Origin: Mytilus edulis
Taxonomy: Eukaryota
NCBI RefSeq assembly: GCF_963676685.1
Contig: NC_092346.1
Coordinates: 93,434,001 to 93,498,000, forward strand
Length of the DNA: 64,000 nucleotides
Direction: 5' to 3'
The translations under genes were made by a program, and so were the position numbers. Shown here in pieces: positions 1 through 13,355 of this stretch. Numbering within the stretch: position 1 is the first letter of the stretch; each line of letters starts with the position of its first letter. Below the pieces are notes generated by a model. The model was not told the DNA's origin, made no database searches, and saw only the letters and a program-made list of their open reading frames with translations.

Positions 1-14
1 GAAACAGCATAAAT
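1..14 (-). CDS. ACER3: Probable start of ACER3-like exon 6 (IYAVS...), cut by the window edge
   Basis: Acceptor ggtctgtttttcatag|ATTTATGCTGTTTC in phase 0. IY matches the VY that follows this intron position in ACER3. Only 14 nt are visible. Confidence 0.55.
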
Positions 15-799
15 CTATGAAAAACAGACCAAACAGAAAAGCTCTTTGCTTTGATAACTTAGGCAGCTAAAAAGGTTTCCTTTGACGATCAAGAGATGAA
101 AAGTTTATAGGTTATCTGCTCTTTATAAGTTATAGAATAACAAGAGTGCACAAACTGAAATGTCTTGTCTGCTTTACAGATCATGTTTGAATTTTTGTTG
201 AAAGACTTAAAACCTCTACCAGACAGAGACATGCATGCAATAAGATTTGTAAAAGAAACTTAACCATCAAAACAATAGACTGTGGTTTTGTTTATTTTCT
301 TGGGGACCAATTTTTCGTGTTTTTACCAAGTTCTGCATACATTGGAATTCTTGGTTAATGGCTAACCATGAAATCCTTGAAAATTGGTATCCAACAAATG
401 AATCTACAGTACTGCCTTTTGAACCATGAAAATGAGGTCAAGGTCAGACAAAACTGCAAGACAGAAATGCACCATATTCATTTATTTCATACACCAAATA
501 TAGTTGACCCAATGCTTATAGTACCTGAGAAAACACATATTGTGACTTTGTCATAGAAACTGGACACTGACAAATGAACCTGAAAATATCAATTTTAGAT
601 GAACCTTGCCAGACTTGCATGTACAGCTTGCAATCTTTCCTTGCACAGAAAAAACTGAATAGTTCATGCTTATATATTAATAAATAAAGGCTAAATACTA
701 CATGCATCTCACAAGTCAGCTTAAATTAAAAACGGCAAATTTATCATATGGAGAAAGTAAAAGTAGAATTGTATAAATGGTTAGGCAAGTGTCTGTATA

Positions 800-1120
800 A
801 AAAAAAGAATGTATCCATAGTACACGAATGCCCAACTTGCACCATCATTTTCTATGTTCAGTGGACTGTGAATTTGGGATAAAAACTCTTTATTTGTTAT
901 TAATATTAGAAACATCATATCACAGGGAACATATGTACTAAGTTTCAAGTTGTTCAGACTTCAACTTCATCAAAAGCTACCATGACCAAAAAACTTTAAT
1001 CTGAAGTGGGACAGACAGAGGAACGAACAAACAAATGGACAAAAGGACGGTTGAACAAACAAGCAGAAGCCCAGACCAGAAAACATAATGCCCCTTTACT
1101 ATCGTAGGTGGGGTATAAAA
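800..1120 (+). mobile_element. Helentron-type non-autonomous (pearl/HINE-like) element
   Basis: Degenerate (GACA/GAAC)n microsatellite, then 3' hairpin ATGCCCC...GGGGTAT and an A-run. Confidence 0.6.
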
Positions 1121-1633
1121 ATAAAAGGTCCAGCCTAACTATAGGTAAATAGCAGTCAGGTTAATCAGCACATCCAGTTTATCCTCCCTTAAAATACATT
1201 TGTTTATTTCATTATTATTTGTAGCATACAATGATGTTTGTTATAGTTGGATCCCTTCTTTTCAGTCTACTCCTACATCACTGATACATGTAGTATATAT
1301 TGTGAAGCACAAAGTAACAATCAATTCTAACAAAAAGTTAGGGTTAATTAAACTTCCAAAAGACACAGCAAAACAAGCATTATTCATGTTAATAAGAAGG
1401 AAAATTTGTTTTAACAAATTAGACAACAAGGAGTCACTTAAAACGATAAAATACATTTTTAATAAGGATTTTAAAATATTGATGTGAAATATGACAAGAG
1501 ATACTTGTAAAAAAAGCTTTGATGTGGTCAAATAATAACTAAAAAGCAAATCAGATAATTTTTGCCAAAAGAAGGTGGTCTGAGCATTGTTTGAACAGTA
1601 TTTTAACTGAGTAATTACTGATATGATACTTAC

Positions 1634-1715
1634 TATAGTAACAAATAAACAATACAATGTTAAAATTATCTTCAACGGTATATTTTCATGGTTGCGAGGT
1701 TTCTCTACTTCTAAA
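1634..1715 (-). CDS. ACER3: ACER3-like coding exon 5 (HLEVEK...LFVTI)
   Basis: Acceptor ctttcag|, donor ATA|gtaagt; 82 nt; phase fits exon 4; hydrophobic TM segment; lies inside ORF 1262..1744. Confidence 0.9.
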
Positions 1716-3139
1716 CTGAAAGAAGCAATATGGATTATAAGCAAGCATTAAAATCATGAATAAAATTAAGACTCCTTGAGTCTTGTATCACTCCCCTGAC
1801 ATCTATACCTATACATTGATTATACTTATTTATGTGATTTCAAAAAAAGCAAGTACCTAAGCAAAAGAGAGGAACTCTAAATGCAGAAAAAAAAACAGAT
1901 TAAAAAATAAAAAAAAAGGATTTAAAAGGCTTTAAAACAAAAATTTTGACCATGGAAGTTGCATTTTAACTGCTAAAGTTTTTAACTTATGGAACCACTA
2001 TATATCAAGAACCTATTACTTGATTGGGTTTTTCATAGATGACTTTAGGATGCCAAGTGATTGCAATGATTAAAACAAGATTTTTGTACAGGAGAAATCA
2101 AAATGTCTAGTAGTAATACCTGGTCAGACTTATATGTATACTTAATATATGGAATCGCGTTTTAAGTTAAAAAAAAGAAAAAAAGCAGTTCTGTGTGCAA
2201 AAATAATTACATGTGCTAAATTTACAGTATTATTTGTTAGATCAGTTTGAAAACAAAAACATCCTTATACAATTCTTTCAAAACTTACTTTGTCAATATC
2301 TTTTCAGAGCAAATATGTTTCTACAACAGACATCATTCTATATGAACTAGTTGTCTTTCGTCATATTTAAATGTCTTTTTGTTTTAGAGGGGGTGTTCAT
2401 TTAAGATCTTTTATTCTGATAAGGTTTCTAGTGATTTTATTCACAACTTTTACAGACTCCGAACAATTGGGAGTTTAAGGTATTGCATAAACCCCAGCCT
2501 ATTACAAAGATGGTGTGTTGCTCTCTTTTGGTTATATGTGTTGTTAGGTAGCTGTCATTAACTAAATACTCCTTTTATCCATAGTTAATATGTTTATATG
2601 CTCCACTACAAACATCAATACAAATACCAGTTGTATATTGAAATATTGAAGGCTGTATTTTTTATAAGGTTTTAAGTAGCTAATCATCAGTCAAAAGCTG
2701 TTAAGGAGTTGATAACACATAATACCATCTGTTAATAATCCTGTCAGACCATTACCTTCTCAAGTCCTAAAACTGGATCAACAATTCACAGAATATTACA
2801 TAATGTGACATGACATGAAGTCTGTATATAATAAAGTTGTCTACTGACAACTACCTGGTAATAGAAGTTGATAACTATATCACCACTTTATATATTAATT
2901 AAACAACTTGCCATAATAGACACTCTCTTTAATAGTTTTAATGTAAACAATGATATTGGTTTCTCTATTAGATTTTCATGTTTTAATGGTTTATGGTGTT
3001 ATATCTGTAGTGTAGGACAAATTGTTTACCCTAACCAAGGACCTTATCCACACACATAATAAATAAAGCTAGTTTTGCAATCTGCAAGTTTTCAATAACA
3101 AATATTTTTTTTATATCCATGTTTCTAAATAATACATAC

Positions 3140-3192
3140 TGTGAATAAATCAGAAATGCTGATCCATAAATCATTGGCAGTTCATCAAAAAG
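3140..3192 (-). CDS. ACER3: ACER3-like coding exon 4 (LFDELPMIYGSAFLIYS)
   Basis: Acceptor tttttaag|, donor CA|gtatgt; 53 nt; DELPM motif. Confidence 0.95.
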
Positions 3193-3974
3193 CTTAAAAA
3201 TTAAATACAATATTTAAATGAACACGTAATATATATTTACATTATCATAAATATATATTATTTTCAAGTTTTACATACAAGTATATATTAAGAAATCTTA
3301 AAACTAAGTTAAAAAAAACACAAAATATTAAAAGCAATAGAAAATGTGCTTTAAGTGCAATATAAAATTGTCTTTTTTAGATGTATAAAAACTTCCATTT
3401 CATGGTGATTTTATAAATTTCTTGATAAATATGAAAACGAGTAAAATGCAGACTTATAACATCAATAACATAGAAATCTGTCAACTTGAGTAACAAATTC
3501 ATCCTTAAATGTGTTCTATGTTGAGTTGGTGTCTCCTTAACACATACTTCATTGCATGTAGGACCAACTGAAAAGACTTAATTTGGACCACTGTTAACAA
3601 CAGTCAGCAAAGCATTTCAAAATTGTTAACAATCTTCATCTTTATACTTTCATGTCAATATTGACCCATTTATAGTTTAACCTAGCTATTAAATCTATAA
3701 TTCTTTTCATGTCAATCTTGACCCAATTGTAATTTGACCTAGCTATTAAATTGAAACTGACATTTTTTCTTCTTAGAAACTGCCATTTTTCTTCTTAGAA
3801 ACTGACATTTTACTGTTCAGTCAGACTTCTTAAACTGGTAGTCAATATTCATGCTAGAAATGACAGCTTCACTTTGTGTAAGACATTTTTATAAAAAAGT
3901 ACAACTGTTCTTTATTACTTGGATCCAAAATATCACATATATATAAAGGTATATAGTAAAATGTTGACTCTTAC

Positions 3975-4027
3975 CTGCATACTATATAGTAGTGTCATAT
4001 GGAAGCACCAGGATCCAAGACCAACGG
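3975..4027 (-). CDS. ACER3: ACER3-like coding exon 3 (TVGLGSWCFHMTLLYSMQ)
   Basis: Acceptor gtttcag|, donor CAG|gtaag; 53 nt; SxxxH zinc-ligand motif. Confidence 0.95.
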
Positions 4028-5619
4028 CTGAAACAAACATTCAAAATGTCATATCAAATATGTGAATTAACTAAAATGGGCACATGTTTACAAAGTTTGA
4101 GATAACTCCTACATGTATGTATTAAAGCCATGGACTTGCTGGTGTTGTGAAATGTCCCCAACCACAAAAAGGCTTATAGACATCAGAAAAATCGGGTCCT
4201 GTTCAGTACATAATTATTTGTTAGATGAATAACGGTCTGATACAAAGTCAAAACTCATGACTCAAAAGCAATGTTTTAAGAGGAGAACTGTGATATACAT
4301 ATATAGCAAAGTGTTGAGGACAGTAATCTGTAAACACAATTACATCCTAAACAATTCCTTATATTCTTAATGTGTATAATCAGTGTTAGCACCTATAGCC
4401 ATTTCCAGAATCATGCATTACAAAAAACATGTTTAACCTGCCACATTTTTGAGCCTGTCCCAAGTCAGGGGCCTCTGGCCTTTGTTAGTCTTGTATGATT
4501 TTTAATTTAAGTTTCTTGTGTACAATTGAATTATACACAAAAAACTAAAATTAAAAATCATAAATTCAGAATTTAGTATGACGTCCATTATCACTGAACT
4601 AGTATACATATTTGTTAAAGGGCCAGCTGAAGGACGCCTCCTGGTTCGGGAGTTTCTCGCTGCATTGAAGACCCATTGGTGGCCTTCGGCTATTGTCTGC
4701 TTTATGGTCAGGTTTGTTATCACTTTGACACATTCCCCATTTTCATTCTCAATTTTATTACAATTTGAAGCAGGTTATTTCCCTTGTTGGGCATTTATGC
4801 TTAGACCTGCTATATGGCAATACATCTCAATAAAGAGGCAACAATTCATGGGGTTTTAATCCCTAGTGATTAAAAGGTTGATTGCTTAACGTCCAGTGGC
4901 AAATATTTCATGCTTGTTCAGGAGGAAAACAAGTTAATAATAAATATAATAGGTAGGTCTTGTAATAGAGGTCATTCAAGTGATTAAAAGATATTTGATA
5001 TAAATAAAGATATTATTAATGTTTTTTTCTTCCAGAATACTTATAATCAAGCTAGATTAATATGAAGATGGACATATTTGTAAATATAGAAAAACATTGT
5101 TTCTATCTCATTCTCAATATAAAGAAAATTTTATTTTCTTAATAAATTTTTTTTTCTTTTTTTTTAATATGGATTTTTCTTTTTTAATTAATCAGATCTT
5201 CATGTAAGAGGAGGAAATGACATCACAAAGAAAAATATAACATTACTGCTAATCGACAATTTATTAGACCAAATACATAATACTATATAAATCAGTGACA
5301 CATAACATCCATAAACTGGATAATAACATGTAATAACTGTCCTATGATTAGTATGTCATTCATCTTCATGTTGTACAAATGTTAAGAGCAAAAGATTGGT
5401 AAATCTAGCTGCAAAAATATCATGTCTTTAATAAATACATGTATGTAATACAATAAAGATATATACAATGTATTAAATGTGGTTGACAACAAATTAATCA
5501 TAATTTTGAAATTATTAACGAGGTGAATCAATGCATTTTTTGAATTTTTCTCCATACATATATTGGTAATTAAAGGATATTTAAAAATATAGTAAGTTCT
5601 TTTTTTTCAAGACGACTTA

Positions 5620-6990
5620 AAACCAGGTGCTTTTCAGGGCGCAGCTTTATACAACCGCAGAAGTCGAACCCTGAACAGTTGGGGCAAGAATGGACACAAC
5701 ATTTAAGCTTGATACAGCTCTGAATTTGGATTGTGATCAAATTTTTGACATAATATGAGTTTCTGACACAAAAAAAATGTCAAGATCTTACAAATCTATT
5801 GCGCAATATATTGCAATTAAAGATTTCTTCTTTTAACTTTTTAAAAATTTGGAATTTGAGAAATTTGAAGAAAAAAAATTGAAAACAAAAACCATCCTCC
5901 TTTTTTTTGCAATTAGTCCAAAACCTGACATTTCTTTAAACATAATATAAAAGTAGTGTAAGGGAGGTAAATCCGAACATACCCAACATTGTCTGTTAAA
6001 TGTTTTAGAATTACCTCCCTTACACTGCTTTTAAATTGTCTAAATTGTCCATTGACCAGAAATACCTAGTTTTTCCCCTTTTTTGCCCCTTATTCCCAAA
6101 CATTTTGAGCCAATAACCCCCCGAAGTCTATACTTACCATCCCTTCATGGTATGGAAACTTGTGGTTAAATTTCAGAGAGATTCATACACTTAAACACTA
6201 TAAGTTATTGTTTGAAAACTACAAAAATGAATATTTTGGGCCCCCTTTGTTTTGGCCCCTAATTCCTAAACTATTGGGACCATAACCCCTAAAATCAATC
6301 CCAACCTTCCTTTAGTGGTATTGAACCTTCTTGTAAAAAATTATAGAGATCCATACACTTAAACACAAGTTATTGTCTGTAAATTATAAAAATGCTTCTT
6401 TTTGGCCCTTTTTTGGCCCCTTATTCCTATATATTCGGGAAAATTAATTAACCTCAAACTGAATCCCAGCCTTCCCTGTGTTATATGGGAACTTGTGGTA
6501 CAATGTCAGAGAGATCCATAAAGTTACACACAAGTTATTGTCTTGAAACTAGAAAAGGCCGTTAGTTTTCTCGTTTGAATTGTTTTACATTGTCTTATTG
6601 GGGCCTTTTATAGCTGACTATTCGGTATGGGCTTTGCTCATTGTTGAAGGCCGTACGGTGACCAATAGTTGTTAATGTCTGTGTCATTGGTCTCTTGTGG
6701 ACAGTTGTCTCATTGGCAATCATACCCCATCTTCTTCTTTATATTGTTTTTGGCCACTTTTTGGCCCTTTATTCCTAGACTGTTTGCCCAATAACCCCTG
6801 AAAATAAATCCCAACCTTCTACTTATGATAGAACTTTTAGAACAATTGAAATACTAATACACAACTATTTGTCCTGAAACTATATAAATGCTGTTTTGGC
6901 CCCTTTGGCCCCCTAATTCCTTAACCTTTGGGACCATAACCCCCAAAATCAATCCCAAGCTTCCTTTTGTGGTTATAAACATTGTGTTAA
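5620..6990 (+). repeat. Helentron-type element carrying about 5 tandem units of about 175 bp, interrupted by another repeat at about 6557-6745
   Basis: Recurring TTTGGCCCC..ATTCCTAA...ATAACCCC..AAAATCAATCCCAACCTTCC unit at about 6080, 6250, 6410, 6760 and 6905. Confidence 0.75.
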
Positions 6991-7248
6991 AATTTTTGCT
7001 GTCGTATAAAATCTAAATCTATGTGTACAATTTGTACTATAAATTATTTTAAGGGGGAAATTACTATCACATTATTTTGTTGAACTATTAGTCTGGTCTT
7101 TTTTTAAGTTTCATAATACACAAATCTTAAAACTAAAATATTTCCAATTAGAATATAACTAAATACATGTATAGTGATTGACATTTGAGAATACCTACTT
7201 AATACTGATCCATTGCACCATTTGTATCTGACTTTAGAGAATACCTAC

Positions 7249-7359
7249 TTAATACTGATCCATTGCACCATTTGTATCTATCATCCATGTGATCAATAAA
7301 GGCAAAATACAAAGCAGCCACTGAGGGTATGATGAATATGAAATTACTAACGGTGTTCC
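7249..7359 (-). CDS. ACER3: ACER3-like coding exon 2 (WNTVSNF...GSVL)
   Basis: Acceptor ttttcag|GG, donor A|gtaggt; 111 nt; WNTVSN motif. Confidence 0.95.
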   Translation of the reverse strand, partial: GTPLVISYSSYPQWLLCILPLLITWMIDTNGAMDQY

Positions 7360-7469
7360 CTGAAAATATAAAATTACTTACTCTAAAATCTTATTCTCAA
7401 TTTATATTTTACTGCTTTACAGACTCATCATTGATATAATGGGGAAACTCTTATAGATAAAAGGAATAA

Positions 7470-7920
7470 GGTCCGAGTACACAGTTATCGTCCTTTGATT
7501 TTCGTTGTCCACGAATATAGTCCTTAGTGTGGACAGTGTGTTACTTGTCAATTTTTGTTATACCCCTTCCAAATTTATTTCTTCATGTTTTATGCCTCAT
7601 ATAGCAAGTTGGGGGATGAAATGACACTGTAAAAAAATTTGGGTCATAAATATTTAAGTAAAGTAGTGATTAGGTCCAGCTGAAAAAGGTAAAAAATTAG
7701 CACTTCGGAAGCTATCAAAAGATTTCAAGACCCCCTTAACATAAAATTGTCCATATTTTGAGTTAGAGCTGATGAAGTTTTCTATAATTTTGATATAATT
7801 TGTCCCAAAAGTAGTACAACACACTGTAAAAATATTATTGAGAAAGCGCAGGTGGGATTTTTTTTATTTTCATTTATTGTCTAAAAGAAATGCACTACGA
7901 AATAACTGTGTACTCGGACC
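7470..7920. mobile_element. 451-bp MITE
   Basis: Perfect 19-bp TIR GGTCCGAGTACACAGTTAT; ATAA on both flanks (4-bp TSD, or TA if the ends are shifted by 1 nt). Confidence 0.9.
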
Positions 7921-8504
7921 ATAAGCAGCATCACATCAACTTTAGAAGATTAATGATACATTGAGGTCAAGGTCAAATACAGGGTGGGAAAATTTTAGAC
8001 AGACCTGTACACCTTGTAATCATTCCATACACCAAATTTTGTTGACCTTTTGCATGTATAGATTCAATGATATAAAAGAAACCATGAAAACTTAATATTG
8101 ACCAATGAACCATGAAAATAAGGTCAAGGTCAGAGAATACATGCCAGACAGACATGTACACCTTACAATCATTATGTGCACCAAATATAGTTTACTTGTT
8201 GCTTTAAGTATCTTAGAATCAGATTAAAACATATGATCCTTGATCATATGAAGATTAAGATTATAAATCTTACTGACCAGAATTTATAATTATAAAATAT
8301 AATAATTATATTATTGGTACAAAAATAATTTAGTCTCATAAAAAAATACTTATTTGCAAACTTGCTTATAATATCATTATACATTTCATATGTAATATTC
8401 TACCAAGGATTTTATAGTTACTAATACAAATTCTTCATTTTACTGACAAAATTTCATTTAGATTTTATCTGTAAATATATTTAATACCTAACAATCATCA
8501 CATC

Positions 8505-8778
8505 TGTGTCCTACCGAATAAGACTATTTACCGGATTTGTTATCACATAAGCAACACGACGGGTGCCACATGTGGAGCAGGATCTGCTTATCCTTCCGTA
8601 GCACCTGAGATCATCCCTAGTTTTTTGGTGGGGTTCGTGTTGTTTATTCTTTAGTTTTCTATGTTGTGTCATGTGTGCTGTTGTTTGTTTGTCTTTTTTT
8701 ATTTTTAGCCATGGCGTTGTCAGTTTGTTTTAGATTTATGAGTTTGACTGTCCCTTTGGTATCTTTCGTCCCTCTTTT
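8505..8778 (+). repeat. Abundant interspersed repeat (Penelope-like 3' terminus); related copies at about 26960-27080, 31385-31535, 32279-32481, 37960-38083 and 59770-60036
   Basis: Shared TTTAGCCATGGCGTTGTCAGTT...GACTGTCCCTTTGGTATCTTTCGTCCCTCTTT; one copy abuts the PLE RT fragment. Confidence 0.8.
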
Positions 8779-11044
8779 ATCACAACAGATGATTTTAGCA
8801 GACCATGGAAGTAGTACTACATGACATAAATTACTTATATAGCCAGACATACAAAAAAGGCACACCATTTTACAGGATAATGCCCAGTGTAAACTACACC
8901 ATGTCTCTTTTTTTTTTATTTCAGAAAAAGTTATAAAAAAGATTTGAGATATAACTATAAGTGTCAGACTTTCCCAATATTTCTATCAATTTCATACATA
9001 TATAATCATATACAGTAATTCCTGTATGTTGAAGTATATAAAATGTTCTTATTTGAGTTAAGAAACGGATAAGTATAGCAAGTTAACAGCTTGTTTCCAA
9101 ATGCTATTTACTATTTGAACAGTGGTATTAATATGTTAATGCCAAATTGTGTATATCGTTTAACTTTAAAAATTTAAACATAAAATGATCTTTACTTTAT
9201 AAAAAAGAAAATGAAAAAAAAAATTAAAAGAGAAAGGGGAAAAATGACCCTTAATAAGATAGGAAAGTGCCATCTAAAACTTCCAGCATGAGAAGGAGAA
9301 TGTATGTGAAATAAACAAAATTATGATGAAAAGAATGAGAGAAGTATAAACCAATATATTCTAAATGTCAGAGTGTATTATATATGAAATGTTTTATATT
9401 CTGCTTCAGTGAACTTGGTTAAATATCTAACTTAATAGAGCTGAGGAAATAATTGACTTGATAAATAATTAAGACAAACTTCACAGCGTGTGATTGGTGT
9501 AAAGTACAGTATTGTATAATTCCCTGAGGGTATAAAATGTCAACATATAATTCAGGAATCTAGGAAGTATAAAATAAACAAAGGATTTATTACAGTTTAG
9601 GTTACTTTGATTATGTCACCAATACAGATAAATAGTATGCAGCTTATCATGTAAAGATAAGATATTAAATTCAATATCTATTGAAAAGAAAGCTTTTTAC
9701 ATGTACATTTGTTGATGTGTCTATTTTTCATCCATATAATTAATTAACTAGAACAATAGTACACGTATGTGTATACATGTATATAATTGTTGACCATGCA
9801 GTTAAAGGACAGTTATTGTTATTTCTTTCAGACTTTCTTCATAAAACTGTGTTATTGTTTTAGCTGAATAATTAATCCTGAATATATTCACAAAACCATT
9901 TTTTTTTGTATTATCTTGTGTCCGTGTTACTTTAGTTGTAGCCTTGCATATAAACCTTGAAACTAATGTTTTCAAATTCTAATATGTTGTTACTGATGTC
10001 AACATAATGTAGGTTAAGTTCCATATTATTGATTTTCAACTGTTGTGTTCAAGTGTTATAGTCTCTAATTAAGGTACTAGGAAAATGGTGCTTTACAGTT
10101 TTTTTTGTGCAATGCATTGTTACTTATGAACGTCTCAATTGTGCTTTTCACATTTCAATATGTTGTAATTCAATACTGATGATAAAAGGGTTGCCATTCA
10201 GGTGTTATTGGCCTTGATTCAATGGTAAAAAACAGGAGTCTAACTTTTCAAGTAATCTCAAATGACTGAAGTTTTGTGAAAATATTTGTGGAGCCTTGTT
10301 CTGTATCAGCACTTGAGAACTGTTCAACCAATCAAATACAATTTAATGCATGGAACCTACATTAAGTGCTTTTCTGAATTGCAAATGCGAAAAACTGCCC
10401 ATATGGAACTTGATCTCTTTTTTTTCATAAATATAAAACAACATATTAAAATTTGAAAAATATTAGTTGAATAATTCTTAACTAATTGTGCAGAAAACAC
10501 TTAAAAAGCGTTTTCCAATGAGTCAAGGAACATAACTCATAAACAACAAAAGATTAAAAAAGCATTGGTTGAATGGTTTTCATGTAAATGCACTCCTGAC
10601 AAAACATTGGTCATTGATGTTCATTTTTTACTACACAAAATCAATAACTGGATTTCTGTTGGATATACCCATTTAAATTTTAAGTTCAAATAAACTTAGG
10701 ACTATGTATATCATCCATAATGTTAAACTAAATGGATCACCGATTTAATTAAGTTTTATTTAATTATTACTTTGAATTTTATCAAAGAGGTGTCTGCAAT
10801 GATAAGAATAATTATTGATTTGAAAGCTTACCTGATCTGCTTACCCAATCACTTATGTTGCCTTTGATTCAAGAATATAAAAGATGTCTCATCAATTAAA
10901 TCAAATTGGTTATTCATTTGTAAATAAATATGCAATTTTTGTTCGTACTTTGCTCATTTTCATGATTTACTTTGTAAGCTTGCCGACAGACCATTTTTCA
11001 ATTTGCAATTCAGCAGAAGCAAAATTTTGATGCTGAACAGTAAT

Positions 11045-12418
11045 TTCTGAAAAGATGAATACACATTTAAAGCTTTTTGATTCATGCATTAAACCTATTC
11101 TGTTATATATCAGTGAAGTTTGGGCTACTATTAGTTTAGTGAAACAAAATACTACCATCGAAGTCAAACTACAATGTATGCAAACTTCAGTCCAAATAAA
11201 ATTCAAATAAAATTTGCTAAATTTTTATTGGGTGTAAATAAAGGTGCTGTTAATAATGCTGTACTTTCTGAATTAGGTTTATTCCCACTTTCATTGTCAG
11301 CCCTTAAAAATACAATTAATTTCTGGCTTCATATCATTATTATGGACAGTGAGAGTATGGTAAAGAAAGCATACATGTACAATGAAAACTTAAACTTTCC
11401 TAATGGTTTTTGTAGTAAATTAAAAGTGTTATTAGGTAAACTTGGTTTTCAGCATGTCTGGGAAAATCAAAATACTATGTCAAAGAAAAAAATACTTTTT
11501 TCATTTCAAAAGAAATTAGAAGAGGAATTCATAAAATACTGGAAACAAGCTCTTTTTTTGTGACTCTAATAATGGTTACCGTAATAGTCGTGGTAATAAA
11601 CCAAGCCCGTAGCCAGGAATTTCCAAGGGGGGGGGGGGGGTCGTTGGACTCACAAACTCGACTTTAACAGTCACAATTCGAACAGAACATTGACTTTAAC
11701 AGTGCTTATTTGTTTTCAAGGGGGGGTTCGTCCGACCCCCCCTGGCTACGGGTATGTAAACTAAGAACATATCGCAAAGTTAAAAATAATTTTGAATTAG
11801 AAAAATATCTTCTACTGGACCTTAACAAAAGTGTTATTTCTAAAATGGTAAAAATCAGAATTAGTTATAGTAAATTACTAATAGAAGTTGGTAGATATAC
11901 TAGAACACCTTTAGAACAGAGAATTTGTCCAATTTGCAAGGATGGAATTGAAGATGAGTTACATTTCCTCACTCAATGTAAAGCGTTAGAACTTAATAGA
12001 AATGTACTCTTTTGTAATTTAAGTGATATAGTTCCATCTTTTGTTAATATGTGTGAACAAGATAAGTTTAGTTTCATTTTGAAAAGTAATGATACGGACA
12101 TTAGTACTGTAAGTGTAGCTGGAATAAGCGATATGTATGATTTGAACATTCATTTAAATCAAACATAATGTTGTTAAGAGCTTTTATAGTATTTAAGCTG
12201 ATTGCAATAGCTGAATTAATAATATTGTATGAATAACACCTCCATACAATGTAAATATAAAATATGTATCTCTTATCATTGAGAAAATATGTTGGGTTTT
12301 TTGTTGTTTTTGTTTGTTTGTTTTTTTATTTTTGTAATTGTATTTGTATTTTGTAAATGTCGGATGGTATCATTTCTGTATAGGAATTTACACCAATAAA
12401 ATTATTTGATTTGATTTG
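11045..12418 (+). mobile_element. Decayed 3' LINE fragment (CR1/L2 group) in the first coding intron of ACER3
   Basis: ORFs 11174..11563 and 11710..12168 resemble the C-terminus of the 47704 ORF (KLRTY, IEVGRY, RICPIC, EDELHFL); ends in AATAAA and (ATTTG)n. Confidence 0.9.
11602..11756. mobile_element. 155-bp MITE nested in the LINE
   Basis: TIRs CAAGCCCGTAGCCAGG and CCTGGCTACGGGTATG; 5-bp TSD TAAAC. Removing it restores the LINE peptide GNKLRTY. Confidence 0.9.
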
Positions 12419-12728
12419 TCTGTTCATTTAAGTGCCATTAACCAAATAAACAGATTTACTGGACTTGAGGACATTAATCTCATTGCAAAACAAATGATGT
12501 GTTCATACATGTTGCGCATCATACTGCATTTCTTCTATATCAAGAATATTGCACTACTCGAAATACAAGGTTCTTACGGTTGTACTAGAATATTTTGGAG
12601 GTAAGTCCAGGGACTCATTACTTGTTGAAATTGTGAGTCCCACCGGAGTCTAACGAGTTTATGGTACAGTTACTCAAAGAGTTAAGATCTGAACTATCTT
12701 TTCTAGAAATATTTTTCATATTTAACAC

Positions 12729-12850
12729 TCAAAAAGACTTTAAAATCGGTATTCACTGCTTCTTCGCTACGGATGCAGCATTATAGAGTAAGATCAACTA
12801 CTGGTCTGATTGGAATCAGAATAAAGTTTTCCAGTAGTTTGACATGCCTA
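12729..12850 (+). mobile_element. Decayed SINE central domain (Meta-SINE-like)
   Basis: GGTATT..CTGCTTCT.CGCTA...GCAGCATTA..GAGTAAGA.CAA..ACTGGT...GGAATCAG.ATAA, recognised from memory of bivalve SINEs. Confidence 0.5.
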
Positions 12851-13255
12851 AAATTTCTATGGGCATTTGCAAAATTAAGTAATCAAAAACTTCTGACTAC
12901 CATTTAGAGAACTATGCAATGCTGATTACACACTTTAACATTCTCATAATTGAGTCATAAATGGGTAATTATTCTTATTAATGGGTACTATTAATTATAT
13001 TAAATGAGTCTAATAATGCATATGTACATGTATACCCCCAAAATGGTATCAATTGTACGGTGATAAAAATATAAGCTTTCAATTTACATACATTCATAGC
13101 GCAAACATTTAGATAAAGGACTAAATTTTGCCTAAACAAACCATGACTGAAATATCATCAGGAAAAAAGTCATGTATATTCATGAATCTTCATTTTCAAT
13201 ACTGAAAATTGACATGTTTATACATTGTCATTGACCAAATATTTATAAAACTTAC

Positions 13256-13355
13256 AAAATTCTGCAATATATGTTGTTACACTATAGTTGTCTTCACACC
13301 AATCTATTGTGGCAGTTGGAATGCCCCAAAATCCACTGGCGAATCTTGGAGCCAT
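13256..13355 (-). CDS. ACER3: ACER3-like coding exon 1 (MAPRF...IAEF)
   Basis: ATG at 13355; DWCEDNY motif; donor T|gtaag; 100 nt, ends in phase 1. Confidence 0.95.

Larger units (their letters stand above)
1..13355 (-). other. ACER3: Alkaline ceramidase (ACER3-like) gene, 5' part; the 3' exons lie beyond the left edge
   Basis: Spliced translation [133 protein letters not shown]. It carries the ceramidase/CREST motifs DWCExNY, AEFWNTxSN, GSWCFH and DELPM. All introns are GT-AG with consistent phases. Confidence 0.95.

Noticed and set aside
1200-1744. ORFs 1200..1487 and 1262..1744 as stand-alone genes
   Set aside because: Only 1634-1715 is supported, as an ACER3 exon; the rest is AT-rich intron read-through.
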